The notes below the pieces were generated by a model, which was given only the letters and a program-made list of their open reading frames with translations, had not been told where the DNA came from and made no database searches. Positions 26,901 to 41,800 of a DNA stretch of 64,000 bases are shown in pieces. Positions within the stretch are counted from its first letter, which is position 1. Each line of letters begins with the position of its first letter. Made by a program: the position numbers and the translations under genes. Source of the stretch: Lingula anatina (lineage: Eukaryota; Animalia; Brachiopoda); the NCBI GenBank assembly GCA_051362555.1, contig JBPQGU010000013.1:496001-560000 (forward strand), written 5' to 3'.

Positions 26901-29900
26901 GGTAGATTGATTTTCCTCACTTTTTGGAAAAATCGGAGACGGGTCGATTTTTGGTGATTTTGAGTGATTTTGAACAGTGCCGGCACTGTGAGATTTCTTC
27001 AATTTTGGCCAGGTAGGGATGAAAATTTTTTTTCTTCATTATAGTGTCAGGTAGGTGTGTTCGGTCATTTGTAGTAAGAATAAAGTGCTGGAAGAGTGGT
27101 GGTGTCAACATTAAGGAAGAAATAGAGCAAAAACTCTCTCTCCCCCCCCCCCTCTCAGATTCTGTTCTCAGAGCTTATTTTTAGATCATCTTTAAAGCTA
27201 GAATTGGGGGCCTTGATGAAGTGACCCGGGCGCGTTTCCACATTTTTTATGAATGACAGGTGTGGTAGATTGATTTTCCTCACTTTTTGGAAAAATCGGA
27301 GACGGGTCGATTTTTGGTGATTTTGAGTGATTTTGAACAGTGCCGGCACTGTGAGATTTCTTCAATTTTGGCCAGGTAGGGATGAAAATTTTTTTTCTTC
27401 ATTATAGTGTCAGGTAGGTGTGTTCGGTCATTTGTAGTAAGAATAAAGTGCTGGAAGAGTGATGGTGTCAACATTAAGGAAGAAATAGAGCAAAAACTCT
27501 CTCTCCCCCCCCCCCCTCTCAGATTCTGTTCTCAGAGCTTATTTTTGGATCATCTTTAAAGCTAGAATTGGGGGCCTTGATGAAGTGACCCGGGCGCGTT
27601 TCCACATTTTTTATGAATGACAGGTGTGGTAGATTGATTTTCCTCACTTTTTGGAAAAATCGGAGACGGGTCGATTTTTGGTGATTTTGAGTGATTTTGA
27701 ACAGTGCCGGCACTGTGAGATTTCTTCAATTTTGGCCAGGTAGGGATGAAAATTTTTTTTCTTCATTATAGTGTCAGGTAGGTGTGTTCGGTCATTTGTA
27801 GTAAGAATAAAGTGCTGGAAGAGTGGTGGTGTCAACATTAAGGAAGAAATAGAGCAAAAACTCTCTCTCCCCCCCCCCCCCCTCTCAGATTCTGTTCTCA
27901 GAGCTTATTTTTGGATCATCTTTAAAGCTAGAATTGGGGGCCTTGATGAAGTGACCCGGGCGCGTTTCCACATTTTTTATGAATGACAGGTGTGGTAGAT
28001 TGATTTTCCTCACTTTTTGGAAAAATCGGAGACGGGTCGATTTTTGGTGATTTTGAGTGATTTTGAACAGTGCCGGCACTGTGAGATTTCTTCAATTTTG
28101 GCCAGGTAGGGATGAAAATTTTTTTTCTTCATTATAGTGTCAGGTAGGTGTGTTCGGTCATTTGTAGTAAGAATAAAGTGCTGGAAGAGTGGTGGTGTCA
28201 ACATTAAGGAAGAAATAGAGCAAAAACTCTCTCTCCCCCCCCCCCTCTCAGATTCTGTTCTCAGAGCTTATTTTTGGATCATCTTTAAAGCTAGAATTGG
28301 GGGCCTTGATGAAGTGACCCGGGCGCGTTTCCACATTTTTTATGAATGACAGGTGTGGTAGATTGATTTTCCTCACTTTTTGGAAAAATCGGAGACGGGT
28401 CGATTTTTGGTGATTTTGAGTGATTTTGAACAGTGCCGGCACTGTGAGATTTCTTCAATTTTGGCCAGGTAGGGATGAAAATTTTTTTTCTTCATTATAG
28501 TGTCAGGTAGGTGTGTTCGGTCATTTGTAGTAAGAATAAAGTGCTGGAAGAGTGGTGGTGTCAACATTAAGGAAGAAATAGAGCAAAAACTCTCTCTCCC
28601 CCCCCCCCTCTCAGATTCTGTTCTCAGAGCTTATTTTTAGATCATCTTTAAAGCTAGAATTGGGGGCCTTGATGAAGTGACCCGGGCGCGTTTCCACATT
28701 TTTTATGAATGACAGGTGTGGTAGATTGATTTTCCTCACTTTTTGGAAAAATCGGAGACGGGTCGATTTTTGGTGATTTTGAGTGATTTTGAACAGTGCC
28801 GGCACTGTGAGATTTCTTCAATTTTGGCCAGGTAGGGATGAAAATTTTTTTTCTTCATTATAGTGTCAGGTAGGTGTGTTCGGTCATTTGTAGTAAGAAT
28901 AAAGTGCTGGAAGAGTGGTGGTGTCAACATTAAGGAAGAAATAGAGCAAAAACTCTCTCTCCCCCCCCCCTCTCAGATTCTGTTCTCAGAGCTTATTTTT
29001 GGATCATCTTTAAAGCTAGAATTGGGGGCCTTGATGAAGTGACCCGGGCGCGTTTCCACATTTTTTATGAATGACAGGTGTGGTAGATTGATTTTCCTCA
29101 CTTTTTGGAAAAATCGGAGACGGGTCGATTTTTGGTGATTTTTAGTGATTTTGAACAGTGCCGGCACTGTGAGATTTCTTCAATTTTGGCCAGGTAGGGA
29201 TGAAAATTTTTTTTCTTCATTATAGTGTCAGGTAGGTGTGTTCGGTCATTTGTAGTAAGAATAAAGTGCTGGAAGAGTGGTGGTGTCAACATTAAGGAAG
29301 AAATAGAGCAAAAACTCTCTCTCCCCCCCCCCTCTCAGATTCTGTTCTCAGAGCTTATTTTTGGATCATCTTTAAAGCTAGAATTGGGGGCCTTGATGAA
29401 GTGACCCGGGCGCGTTTCCACATTTTTTATGAATGACAGGTGTGGTAGATTGATTTTCCTCACTTTTTGGAAAAATCGGAGACGGGTCGATTTTTGGTGA
29501 TTTTGAGTGATTTTGAACAGTGCCGGCACTGTGAGATTTCTTCAATTTTGGCCAGGTAGGGATGAAAATTTTTTTTCTTCATTATAGTGTCAGGTAGGTG
29601 TGTTCGGTCATTTGTAGTAAGAATAAAGTGCTGGAAGAGTGGTGGTGTCAACATTAAGGAAGAAATAGAGCAAAAACTCTCTCTCCCCCCCCCCTCTCAG
29701 ATTCTGTTCTCAGAGCTTATTTTTAGATCATCTTTAAAGCTAGAATTGGGGGCCTTGATGAAGTGACCCGGGCGCGTTTCCACATTTTTTATGAATGACA
29801 GGTGTGGTAGATTGATTTTCCTCACTTTTTGGAAAAATCGGAGACGGGTCGATTTTTGGTGATTTTGAGTGATTTTGAACAGTGCCGGCACTGTGAGATT

Positions 29901-30783
29901 TCTTCAATTTTGGCCAGGTAGGGATGAAAATTTTTTTTCTTCATTATAGTGTCAGGTAGGTGTGTTCGGTCATTTGTAGTAAGAATAAAGTGCTGGAAGA
30001 GTGGTGGTGTCAACATTAAGGAAGAAATAGAGCAAAAACTCTCTCTCCCCCCCCCCCTCTCAGATTCTGTTCTCAGAGCTTATTTTTAGATCATCTTTAA
30101 AGCTAGAATTGGGGGCCTTGATGAAGTGACCCGGGCGCGTTTCCACATTTTTTATGAATGACAGGTGTGGTAGATTGATTTTCCTCACTTTTTGGAAAAA
30201 TCGGAGACGGGTCGATTTTTGGTGATTTTGAGTGATTTTGAACAGTGCCGGCACTGTGAGATTTCTTCAATTTTGGCCAGGTAGGGATGAAAATTTTTTT
30301 TCTTCATTATAGTGTCAGGTAGGTGTGTTCGGTCATTTGTAGTAAGAATAAAGTGCTGGAAGAGTGGTGGTGTCAACATTAAGGAAGAAATAGAGCAAAA
30401 ACTCTCTCTCCCCCCCCCCTCTCAGATTCTGTTCTCAGAGCTTATTTTTAGATCATCTTTAAAGCTAGAATTGGGGGCCTTGATGAAGTGACCCGGGCGC
30501 GTTTCCACATTTTTTATGAATGACAGGTGTGGTAGATTGATTTTCCTCACTTTTTGGAAAAATCGGAGACGGGTCGATTTTTGGTGATTTTGAGTGATTT
30601 TGAATAGTGCCGGCACTGTGAGATTTCTTCAATTTTGGCCAGGTAGGGATGAAAATTTTTTTTCTTCATTATAGTGTCAGGTAGGTGTGTTCGGTCATTT
30701 GTAGTAAGAATAAAGTGCTGGAAGAGTGATGGTGTCAACATTAAGGAAGAAATAGAGCAAAAACTCTCTCTCCCCCCCCCCTC

Positions 30784-33700
30784 TCAGATTCTGTTCTCAG
30801 AGCTTATTTTTGGATCATCTTTAAAGCTAGAATTGGGGGCCTTGATGAAGTGACCCGGGCGCGTTTCCACATTTTTTATGAATGACAGGTGTGGTAGATT
30901 GATTTTCCTCACTTTTTGGAAAAATCGGAGACGGGTCGATTTTTGGTGATTTTGAGTGATTTTGAACAGTGCCGGCACTGTGAGATTTCTTCAATTTTGG
31001 CCAGGTAGGGATGAAAATTTTTTTTCTTCATTATAGTGTCAGGTAGGTGTGTTCGGTCATTTGTAGTAAGAATAAAGTGCTGGAAGAGTGGTGGTGTCAA
31101 CATTAAGGAAGAAATAGAGCAAAAACTCTCTCTCCCCCCCCCCTCTCAGATTCTGTTCTCAGAGCTTATTTTTGGATCATCTTTAAAGCTAGAATTGGGG
31201 GCCTTGATGAAGTGACCCGGGCGCGTTTCCACATTTTTTATGAATGACAGGTGTGGTAGATTGATTTTCCTCACTTTTTGGAAAAATCGGAGACGGGTCG
31301 ATTTTTGGTGATTTTGAGTGATTTTGAACAGTGCCGGCACTGTGAGATTTCTTCAATTTTGGCCAGGTAGGGATGAAAATTTTTTTTCTTCATTATAGTG
31401 TCAGGTAGGTGTGTTCGGTCATTTGTAGTAAGAATAAAGTGCTGGAAGAGTGGTGGTGTCAACATTAAGGAAGAAATAGAGCAAAAACTCTCTCTCCCCC
31501 CCCCCCTCTCAGATTCTGTTCTCAGAGCTTATTTTTGGATCATCTTTAAAGCTAGAATTGGGGGCCTTGATGAAGTGACCCGGGCGCGTTTCCACATTTT
31601 TTATGAATGACAGGTGTGGTAGATTGATTTTCCTCACTTTTTGGAAAAATCGGAGACGGGTCGATTTTTGGTGATTTTGAGTGATTTTGAACAGTGCCGG
31701 CACTGTGAGATTTCTTCAATTTTGGCCAGGTAGGGATGAAAATTTTTTTTCTTCATTATAGTGTCAGGTAGGTGTGTTCGGTCATTTGTAGTAAGAATAA
31801 AGTGCTGGAAGAGTGGTGGTGTCAACATTAAGGAAGAAATAGAGCAAAAACTCTCTCTCCCCCCCCCCCTCTCAGATTCTGTTCTCAGAGCTTATTTTTG
31901 GATCATCTTTAAAGCTAGAATTGGGGGCCTTGATGAAGTGACCCGGGCGCGTTTCCACATTTTTTATGAATGACAGGTGTGGTAGATTGATTTTCCTCAC
32001 TTTTTGGAAAAATCGGAGACGGGTCGATTTTTGGTGATTTTGAGTGATTTTGAACAGTGCCGGCACTGTGAGATTTCTTCAATTTTGGCCAGGTAGGGAT
32101 GAAAATTTTTTTTCTTCATTATAGTGTCAGGTAGGTGTGTTCGGTCATTTGTAGTAAGAATAAAGTGCTGGAAGAGTGGTGGTGTCAACATTAAGGAAGA
32201 AATAGAGCAAAAACTCTCTCTCCCCCCCCCCTCTCAGATTCTGTTCTCAGAGCTTATTTTTGGATCATCTTTAAAGCTAGAATTGGGGGCCTTGATGAAG
32301 TGACCCGGGCGCGTTTCCACATTTTTTATGAATGACAGGTGTGGTAGATTGATTTTCCTCACTTTTTGGAAAAATCGGAGACGGGTCGATTTTTGGTGAT
32401 TTTGAGTGATTTTGAACAGTGCCGGCACTGTGAGATTTCTTCAATTTTGGCCAGGTAGGGATGAAAATTTTTTTTCTTCATTATAGTGTCAGGTAGGTGT
32501 GTTCGGTCATTTGTAGTAAGAATAAAGTGCTGGAAGAGTGGTGGTGTCAACATTAAGGAAGAAATAGAGCAAAAACTCTCTCTCCCCCCCCCCTCTCAGA
32601 TTCTGTTCTCAGAGCTTATTTTTGGATCATCTTTAAAGCTAGAATTGGGGGCCTTGATGAAGTGACCCGGGCGCGTTTCCACATTTTTTATGAATGACAG
32701 GTGTGGTAGATTGATTTTCCTCACTTTTTGGAAAAATCGGAGACGGGTCGATTTTTGGTGATTTTGAGTGATTTTGAACAGTGCCGGCACTGTGAGATTT
32801 CTTCAATTTTGGCCAGGTAGGGATGAAAATTTTTTTTCTTCATTATAGTGTCAGGTAGGTGTGTTCGGTCATTTGTAGTAAGAATAAAGTGCTGGAAGAG
32901 TGGTGGTGTCAACATTAAGGAAGAAATAGAGCAAAAACTCTCTCTCCCCCCCCCCCTCTCAGATTCTGTTCTCAGAGCTTATTTTTGGATCATCTTTAAA
33001 GCTAGAATTGGGGGCCTTGATGAAGTGACCCGGGCGCGTTTCCACATTTTTTATGAATGACAGGTGTGGTAGATTGATTTTCCTCACTTTTTGGAAAAAT
33101 CGGAGACGGGTCGATTTTTGGTGATTTTGAGTGATTTTGAACAGTGCCGGCACTGTGAGATTTCTTCAATTTTGGCCAGGTAGGGATGAAAATTTTTTTT
33201 CTTCATTATAGTGTCAGGTAGGTGTGTTCGGTCATTTGTAGTAAGAATAAAGTGCTGGAAGAGTGGTGGTGTCAACATTAAGGAAGAAATAGAGCAAAAA
33301 CTCTCTCTCCCCCCCCCCCTCTCAGATTCTGTTCTCAGAGCTTATTTTTGGATCATCTTTAAAGCTAGAATTGGGGGCCTTGATGAAGTGACCCGGGCGC
33401 GTTTCCACATTTTTTATGAATGACAGGTGTGGTAGATTGATTTTCCTCACTTTTTGGAAAAATCGGAGACGGGTCGATTTTTGGTGATTTTGAGTGATTT
33501 TGAACAGTGCCGGCACTGTGAGATTTCTTCAATTTTGGCCAGGTAGGGATGAAAATTTTTTTTCTTCATTATAGTGTCAGGTAGGTGTGTTCGGTCATTT
33601 GTAGTAAGAATAAAGTGCTGGAAGAGTGGTGGTGTCAACATTAAGGAAGAAATAGAGCAAAAACTCTCTCTCCCCCCCCCCCTCTCAGATTCTGTTCTCA

Positions 33701-35860
33701 GAGCTTATTTTTGGATCATCTTTAAAGCTAGAATTGGGGGCCTTGATGAAGTGACCCGGGCGCGTTTCCACATTTTTTATGAATGACAGGTGTGGTAGAT
33801 TGATTTTCCTCACTTTTTGGAAAAATCGGAGACGGGTCGATTTTTGGTGATTTTGAGTGATTTTGAACAGTGCCGGCACTGTGAGATTTCTTCAATTTTG
33901 GCCAGGTAGGGATGAAAATTTTTTTTCTTCATTATAGTGTCAGGTAGGTGTGTTCGGTCATTTGTAGTAAGAATAAAGTGCTGGAAGAGTGGTGGTGTCA
34001 ACATTAAGGAAGAAATAGAGCAAAAACTCTCTCTCCCCCCCCCCCTCTCAGATTCTGTTCTCAGAGCTTATTTTTGGATCATCTTTAAAGCTAGAATTGG
34101 GGGCCTTGATGAAGTGACCCGGGCGCGTTTCCACATTTTTTATGAATGACAGGTGTGGTAGATTGATTTTCCTCACTTTTTGGAAAAATCGGAGACGGGT
34201 CGATTTTTGGTGATTTTGAGTGATTTTGAACAGTGCCGGCACTGTGAGATTTCTTCAATTTTGGCCAGGTAGGGATGAAAATTTTTTTTCTTCATTATAG
34301 TGTCAGGTAGGTGTGTTCGGTCATTTGTAGTAAGAATAAAGTGCTGGAAGAGTGGTGGTGTCAACATTAAGGAAGAAATAGAGCAAAAACTCTCTCTCCC
34401 CCCCCCCCTCTCAGATTCTGTTCTCAGAGCTTATTTTTGGATCATCTTTAAAGCTAGAATTGGGGGCCTTGATGAAGTGACCCGGGCGCGTTTCCACATT
34501 TTTTATGAATGACAGGTGTGGTAGATTGATTTTCCTCACTTTTTGGAAAAATCGGAGACGGGTCGATTTTTGGTGATTTTGAGTGATTTTGAACAGTGCC
34601 GGCACTGTGAGATTTCTTCAATTTTGGCCAGGTAGGGATGAAAATTTTTTTTCTTCATTATAGTGTCAGGTAGGTGTGTTCGGTCATTTGTAGTAAGAAT
34701 AAAGTGCTGGAAGAGTGGTGGTGTCAACATTAAGGAAGAAATAGAGCAAAAACTCTCTCTCCCCCCCCCCCTCTCAGATTCTGTTCTCAGAGCTTATTTT
34801 TGGATCATCTTTAAAGCTAGAATTGGGGGCCTTGATGAAGTGACCCGGGCGCGTTTCCACATTTTTTATGAATGACAGGTGTGGTAGATTGATTTTCCTC
34901 ACTTTTTGGAAAAATCGGAGACGGGTCGATTTTTGGTGATTTTGAGTGATTTTGAACAGTGCCGGCACTGTGAGATTTCTTCAATTTTGGCCAGGTAGGG
35001 ATGAAAATTTTTTTTCTTCATTATAGTGTCAGGTAGGTGTGTTCGGTCATTTGTAGTAAGAATAAAGTGCTGGAAGAGTGGTGGTGTCAACATTAAGGAA
35101 GAAATAGAGCAAAAACTCTCTCTCCCCCCCCCCCTCTCAGATTCTGTTCTCAGAGCTTATTTTTGGATCATCTTTAAAGCTAGAATTGGGGGCCTTGATG
35201 AAGTGACCCGGGCGCGTTTCCACATTTTTTATGAATGACAGGTGTGGTAGATTGATTTTCCTCACTTTTTGGAAAAATCGGAGACGGGTCGATTTTTGGT
35301 GATTTTGAGTGATTTTGAACAGTGCCGGCACTGTGAGATTTCTTCAATTTTGGCCAGGTAGGGATGAAAATTTTTTTTCTTCATTATAGTGTCAGGTAGG
35401 TGTGTTCGGTCATTTGTAGTAAGAATAAAGTGCTGGAAGAGTGGTGGTGTCAACATTAAGGAAGAAATAGAGCAAAAACTCTCTCTCCCCCCCCCCCTCT
35501 CAGATTCTGTTCTCAGAGCTTATTTTTGGATCATCTTTAAAGCTAGAATTGGGGGCCTTGATGAAGTGACCCGGGCGCGTTTCCACATTTTTTATGAATG
35601 ACAGGTGTGGTAGATTGATTTTCCTCACTTTTTGGAAAAATCGGAGACGGGTCGATTTTTGGTGATTTTGAGTGATTTTGAACAGTGCCGGCACTGTGAG
35701 ATTTCTTCAATTTTGGCCAGGTAGGGATGAAAATTTTTTTTCTTCATTATAGTGTCAGGTAGGTGTGTTCGGTCATTTGTAGTAAGAATAAAGTGCTGGA
35801 AGAGTGGTGGTGTCAACATTAAGGAAGAAATAGAGCAAAAACTCTCTCTCCCCCCCCCCT
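30784..35860. repeat. Homogeneous core of ~14 essentially identical monomers
   Basis: By eye these monomers differ only in poly-C length, and the translated ORFs are identical across the stretch. Confidence 0.8.
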
Positions 35861-38800
35861 CTCAGATTCTGTTCTCAGAGCTTATTTTTGGATCATCTTT
35901 AAAGCTAGAATTGGGGGCCTTGATGAAGTGACCCGGGCGCGTTTCCACATTTTTTATGAATGACAGGTGTGGTAGATTGATTTTCCTTACTTTTTGGAAA
36001 AATCGGAGACGGGTCGATTTTTGGTGATTTTGAGTGATTTTGAACAGTGCCGGCACTGTGAGATTTCTTCAATTTTGGCCAGGTAGGGATGAAAATTTTT
36101 TTTCTTCATTATAGTGTCAGGTAGGTGTGTTCGGTCATTTGTAGTAAGAATAAAGTGCTGGAAGAGTGGTGGTGTCAACATTAAGGAAGAAATAGAGCAA
36201 AAACTCTCTCTCCCCCCCCCCTCTCAGATTCTGTTCTCAGAGCTTATTTTTAGATCATCTTTAAAGCTAGAATTGGGGGCCTTGATGAAGTGACCCGGGC
36301 GCGTTTCCACATTTTTTATGAATGACAGGTGTGGTAGATTGATTTTCCTCACTTTTTGGAAAAATCGGAGACGGGTCGATTTTTGGTGATTTTGAGTGAT
36401 TTTGAACAGTGCCGGCACTGTGAGATTTCTTCAATTTTGGCCAGGTAGGGATGAAAATTTTTTTTCTTCATTATAGTGTCAGGTAGGTGTGTTCGGTCAT
36501 TTGTAGTAAGAATAAAGTGCTGGAAGAGTGGTGGTGTCAACATTAAGGAAGAAATAGAGCAAAAACTCTCTCTCCCCCCCCCCCTCTCAGATTCTGTTCT
36601 CAGAGCTTATTTTTAGATCATCTTTAAAGCTAGAATTGGGGGCCTTGATGAAGTGACCCGGGCGCGTTTCCACATTTTTTATGAATGACAGGTGTGGTAG
36701 ATTGATTTTCCTCACTTTTTGGAAAAATCGGAGACGGGTCGATTTTTGGTGATTTTGAGTGATTTTGAACAGTGCCGGCACTGTGAGATTTCTTCAATTT
36801 TGGCCAGGTAGGGATGAAAATTTTTTTTCTTCATTATAGTGTCAGGTAGGTGTGTTCGGTCATTTGTAGTAAGAATAAAGTGCTGGAAGAGTGGTGGTGT
36901 CAACATTAAGGAAGAAATAGAGCAAAAACTCTCTCTCCCCCCCCCCTCTCAGATTCTGTTCTCAGAGCTTATTTTTGGATCATCTTTAAAGCTAGAATTG
37001 GGGGCCTTGATGAAGTGACCCGGGCGCGTTTCCACATTTTTTATGAATGACAGGTGTGGTAGATTGATTTTCCTCACTTTTTGGAAAAATCGGAGACGGG
37101 TCGATTTTTGGTGATTTTGAGTGATTTTGAACAGTGCCGGCACTGTGAGATTTCTTCAATTTTGGCCAGGTAGGGATGAAAATTTTTTTTCTTCATTATA
37201 GTGTCAGGTAGGTGTGTTCGGTCATTTGTAGTAAGAATAAAGTGCTGGAAGAGTGGTGGTGTCAACATTAAGGAAGAAATAGAGCAAAAACTCTCTCTCC
37301 CCCCCCCCTCTCAGATTCTGTTCTCAGAGCTTATTTTTGGATCATCTTTAAAGCTAGAATTGGGGGCCTTGATGAAGTGACCCGGGCGCGTTTCCACATT
37401 TTTTATGAATGACAGGTGTGGTAGATTGATTTTCCTCACTTTTTGGAAAAATCGGAGACGGGTCGATTTTTGGTGATTTTGAGTGATTTTGAACAGTGCC
37501 GGCACTGTGAGATTTCTTCAATTTTGGCCAGGTAGGGGATGAAAATTTTTTTTCTTCATTATAGTGTCAGGTAGGTGTGTTCGGTCATTTGTAGTAAGAA
37601 TAAAGTGCTGGAAGAGTGGTGGTGTCAACATTAAGGAAGAAATAGAGCAAAAACTCTCTCTCCCCCCCCCCTCTCAGATTCTGTTCTCAGAGCTTATTTT
37701 TGGATCATCTTTAAAGCTAGAATTGGGGGCCTTGATGAAGTGACCCGGGCGCGTTTCCACATTTTTTATGAATGACAGGTGTGGTAGATTGATTTTCCTC
37801 ACTTTTTGGAAAAATCGGAGACGGGTCAATTTTTGGTAATTTTGAGTGATTTTGAACAGTGCCGGCACTGTGAGATTTCTTCAATTTTGGCCAGGTAGGG
37901 ATGAAAATTTTTTTTCTTCATTATAGTGTCAGGTAGGTGTGTTCGGTCATTTGTAGTAAGAATAAAGTGCTGGAAGAGTGGTGGTGTCAACATTAAGGAA
38001 GAAATAGAGCAAAAACTCTCTCTCCCACCCCCCCTCTCAGATTCTGTTCTCAGAGCTTATTTTTGGATCATCTTTAAAGCTAGAATTGGGGGCCTTGATG
38101 AAGTGACCCGGGCGCGTTTCCACATTTTTTATGAATGACAGGTGTGGTAGATTGATTTTCCTCACTTTTTGGAAAAATCGGAGACGGGTCGATTTTTGGT
38201 GATTTTGAGTGATTTTGAACAGTGCCGGCACTGTGAGATTTCTTCAATTTTGGCCAGGTAGGGATGAAAATTTTTTTTCTTCATTATAGTGTCAGGTAGG
38301 TGTGTTCGGTCATTTGTAGTAAGAATAAAGTGCTGGAAGAGTGGTGGTGTCAACATTAAGGAAGAAATAGAGCAAAAACTCTCTCTCCCCCCCCCCTCTC
38401 AGATTCTGTTCTCAGAGCTTCTTTTTGGATCATCTTTAAAGCTAGAATTGGGGGCCTTGATGAAGTGACCCGGGCGCGTTTCCACATTTTTTATGAATGA
38501 CAGGTGTGGTAGATTGATTTTCCTCACTTTTTGGAAAAATCGGAGACGGGTCGATTTTTGGTGATTTTGAGTGATTTTGAACAGTGCCGGCACTGTGAGA
38601 TTTCTTCAATTTTGGCCAGGTAGGGATGAAAATTTTTTTTCTTCATTATAGTGTCAGGTAGGTGTGTTCGGTCATTTGTAGTAAGAATAAAGTGCTGGAA
38701 GAGTGGTGGTGTCAACATTAAGGAAGAAATAGAGCAAAAACTCTCTCTCCCCCCCCCCTCTCAGATTCTGTTCTCAGAGCTTATTTTTGGATCATTTTTA

Positions 38801-41800
38801 AAGCTAGAATTGGGGGCCTTGATGAAGTGACCCGGGCGCGTTTCCACATTTTTTATGAATGACAGGTGTGGTAGATTGATTTTCCTCACTTTTTGGAAAA
38901 ATCGGAGACGGGTCGATTTTTGGTGATTTTGAGTGATTTTGAACAGTGAAGGCACTGTGAGATTTCTTCAATTTTGGCCAGGTAGGGATGAAAATTTTTT
39001 TTCTTCATTATAGTGTCAGGTAGGTGTGTTCGGTCATTTGTAGTAAGAATAAAGTGCTGGAAGAGTGGTGGTGTCAACATTAAGGAAGAAATAGAGCAAA
39101 AACTCTCTCTCCCCCCCCCCCCCCTCTCAGATTCTGTTCTCAGAGCTTATTTTTGGATCATCTTTAAAGCTAGAATTGGGGGCCTTGATGAAGTGACCCG
39201 GGCGCGTTTCCACATTTTTTATGAATGACAGGTGTGGTAGATTGATTTTCCTCACTTTTTGGAAAAATCGGAGACGGGTCGATTTTTGGTGATTTTGAGT
39301 GATTTTGAACAGTGCCGGCACTGTGAGATTTCTTCAATTTTGGCCAGGTAGGGATGAAAATTTTTTTTCTTCATTATAGTGTCAGGTAGGTGTGTTCGGT
39401 CATTTGTAGTAAGAATAAAGTGCTGGAAGAGTGGTGGTGTCAACATTAAGGAAGAAATAGAGCAAAAACTCTCTCTCCCCCCCCCCCCTCTCAGATTCTG
39501 TTCTCAGAGCTTATTTTTGGATCATCTTTAAAGCTAGAATTGGGGGCCTTGATGAAGTGACCCGGGCGCGTTTCCACATTTTTTATGAATGACAGGTGTG
39601 GTAGATTGATTTTCCTCACTTTTTGGAAAAATCGGAGACGGGTCGATTTTTGGTGATTTTGAGTGATTTTGAACAGTGCCGGCACTGTGAGATTTCTTCA
39701 ATTTTGGCCAGGTAGGGATGAAAATTTTTTTTCTTCATTATAGTGTCAGGTAGGTGTGTTCGGTCATTTGTAGTAAGAATAAAGTGCTGGAAGAGTGGTG
39801 GTGTCAACATTAAGGAAGAAATAGAGCAAAAACTCTCTCTCCCCCCCCCCTCTCAGATTCTGTTCTCAGAGCTTCTTTTTGGATCATCTTTAAAGCTAGA
39901 ATTGGGGGCCTTGATGAAGTGACCCGGGCGCGTTTCCACATTTTTTATGAATGACAGGTGTGGTAGATTGATTTTCCTCACTTTTTGGAAAAATCGGAGA
40001 CGGGTCGATTTTTGGTGATTTTGAGTGATTTTGAACAGTGCCGGCACTGTGAGATTTCTTCAATTTTGGCCAGGTAGGGATGAAAATTTTTTTTCTTCAT
40101 TATAGTGTCAGGTAGGTGTGTTCGGTCATTTGTAGTAAGAATAAAGTGCTGGAAGAGTGGTGGTGTCAACATTAAGGAAGAAATAGAGCAAAAACTTTCT
40201 CTCCCCCCCCCCTCTCAGATTCTGTTCTCAGAGCTTATTTTTGGATCATCTTTAAAGCTAGAATTGGGGGCCTTGATGAAGTGACCCGGGCGCGTTTCCA
40301 CATTTTTTATGAATGACAGGTGTGGTAGATTGATTTTCCTCACTTTTTGGAAAAATCGGAGACGGGTCGATTTTTGGTGATTTTGAGTGATTTTGAACAG
40401 TGCCGGCACTGTGAGATTTCTTCAATTTTGGCCAGGTAGGGATGAAAATTTTTTTTCTTCATTATAGTGTCAGGTAGGTGTGTTCGGTCATTTGTAGTAA
40501 GAATAAAGTGCTGGAAGAGTGGTGGTGTCAACATTAAGGAAGAAATAGAGCAAAAACTCTCTCTCCCCCCCCCCTCTCAGATTCTGTTCTCAGAGCTTCT
40601 TTTTGGATCATCTTTAAAGCTAGAATTGGGGGCCTTGATGAAGTGACCCGGGCGCGTTTCCACATTTTTTATGAATGACAGGTGTGGTAGATTGATTTTC
40701 CTCACTTTTTGGAAAAATCGGAGACGGGTCGATTTTTGGTGATTTTGAGTGATTTTGAACAGTGCCGGCACTGTGAGATTTCTTCAATTTTGGCCAGGTA
40801 GGGATGAAAATTTTTTTTCTTCATTATAGTGTCAGGTAGGTGTGTTCGGTCATTTGTAGTAAGAATAAAGTGCTGGAAGAGTGGTGGTGTCAACATTAAG
40901 GAAGAAATAGAGCAAAAACTCTCTCTCCCCCCCCCTCTCAGATTCTGTTCTCAGAGCTTCTTTTTGGATCATCTTTAAAGCTAGAATTGGGGGCCTTGAT
41001 GAAGTGACCCGGGCGCGTTTCCACATTTTTTATGAATGACAGGTGTGGTAGATTGATTTTCCTCACTTTTTGGAAAAATCGGAGACTTGTCGATTTTTGG
41101 TGATTTTGAGTGATTTTGAACAGTGCCGGCACTGTGAGATTTCTTCAATTTTGGCCAGGTAGGGATGAAAATTTTTTTTCTTCATTATAGTGTCAGGTAG
41201 GTGTGTTTGGTCATTTGTAGTAAGAATAAAGTGCTGGAAGAGTGGTGGTGTCAACATTAAGGAAGAAATAGAGCAAAAACTCTCTCTCCCCCCCCCCTCT
41301 CAGATTCTGTTCTCAGAGCTTATTTTTGGATCATCTTTAAAGCTAGAATTGGGGGCCTTGATGAAGTGACCCGGGCGCGTTTCCACATTTTTTATGAATG
41401 ACAGGTGTGGTAGATTGATTTTCCTCACTTTTTGGAAAAATCGGAGACGGGTCGATTTTTGGTGATTTTGAGTGATTTTGAACAGTGCCGGCACTGTGAG
41501 ATTTCTTCAATTTTGGCCAGGTAGGGATGAAAATTTTTTTCTTCATTATAGTGTCAGGTAGGTGTGTTCGGTCATTTGTAGTAAGAATAAAGTGCTGGAA
41601 GAGTGGTGGTGTCAACATTAAGGAAGAAATAGAGCAAAAACTCTCTCTCCCCCCCCCCTCTCAGATTCTGTTCTCAGAGCTTATTTTTGGATCATCTTTA
41701 AAGCTAGAATTGGGGGCCTTGATGAAGTGACCCGGGCGCGTTTCCACATTTTTTATGAATGACAGGTGTGGTAGATTGATTTTCCTCACTTTTTGGAAAA

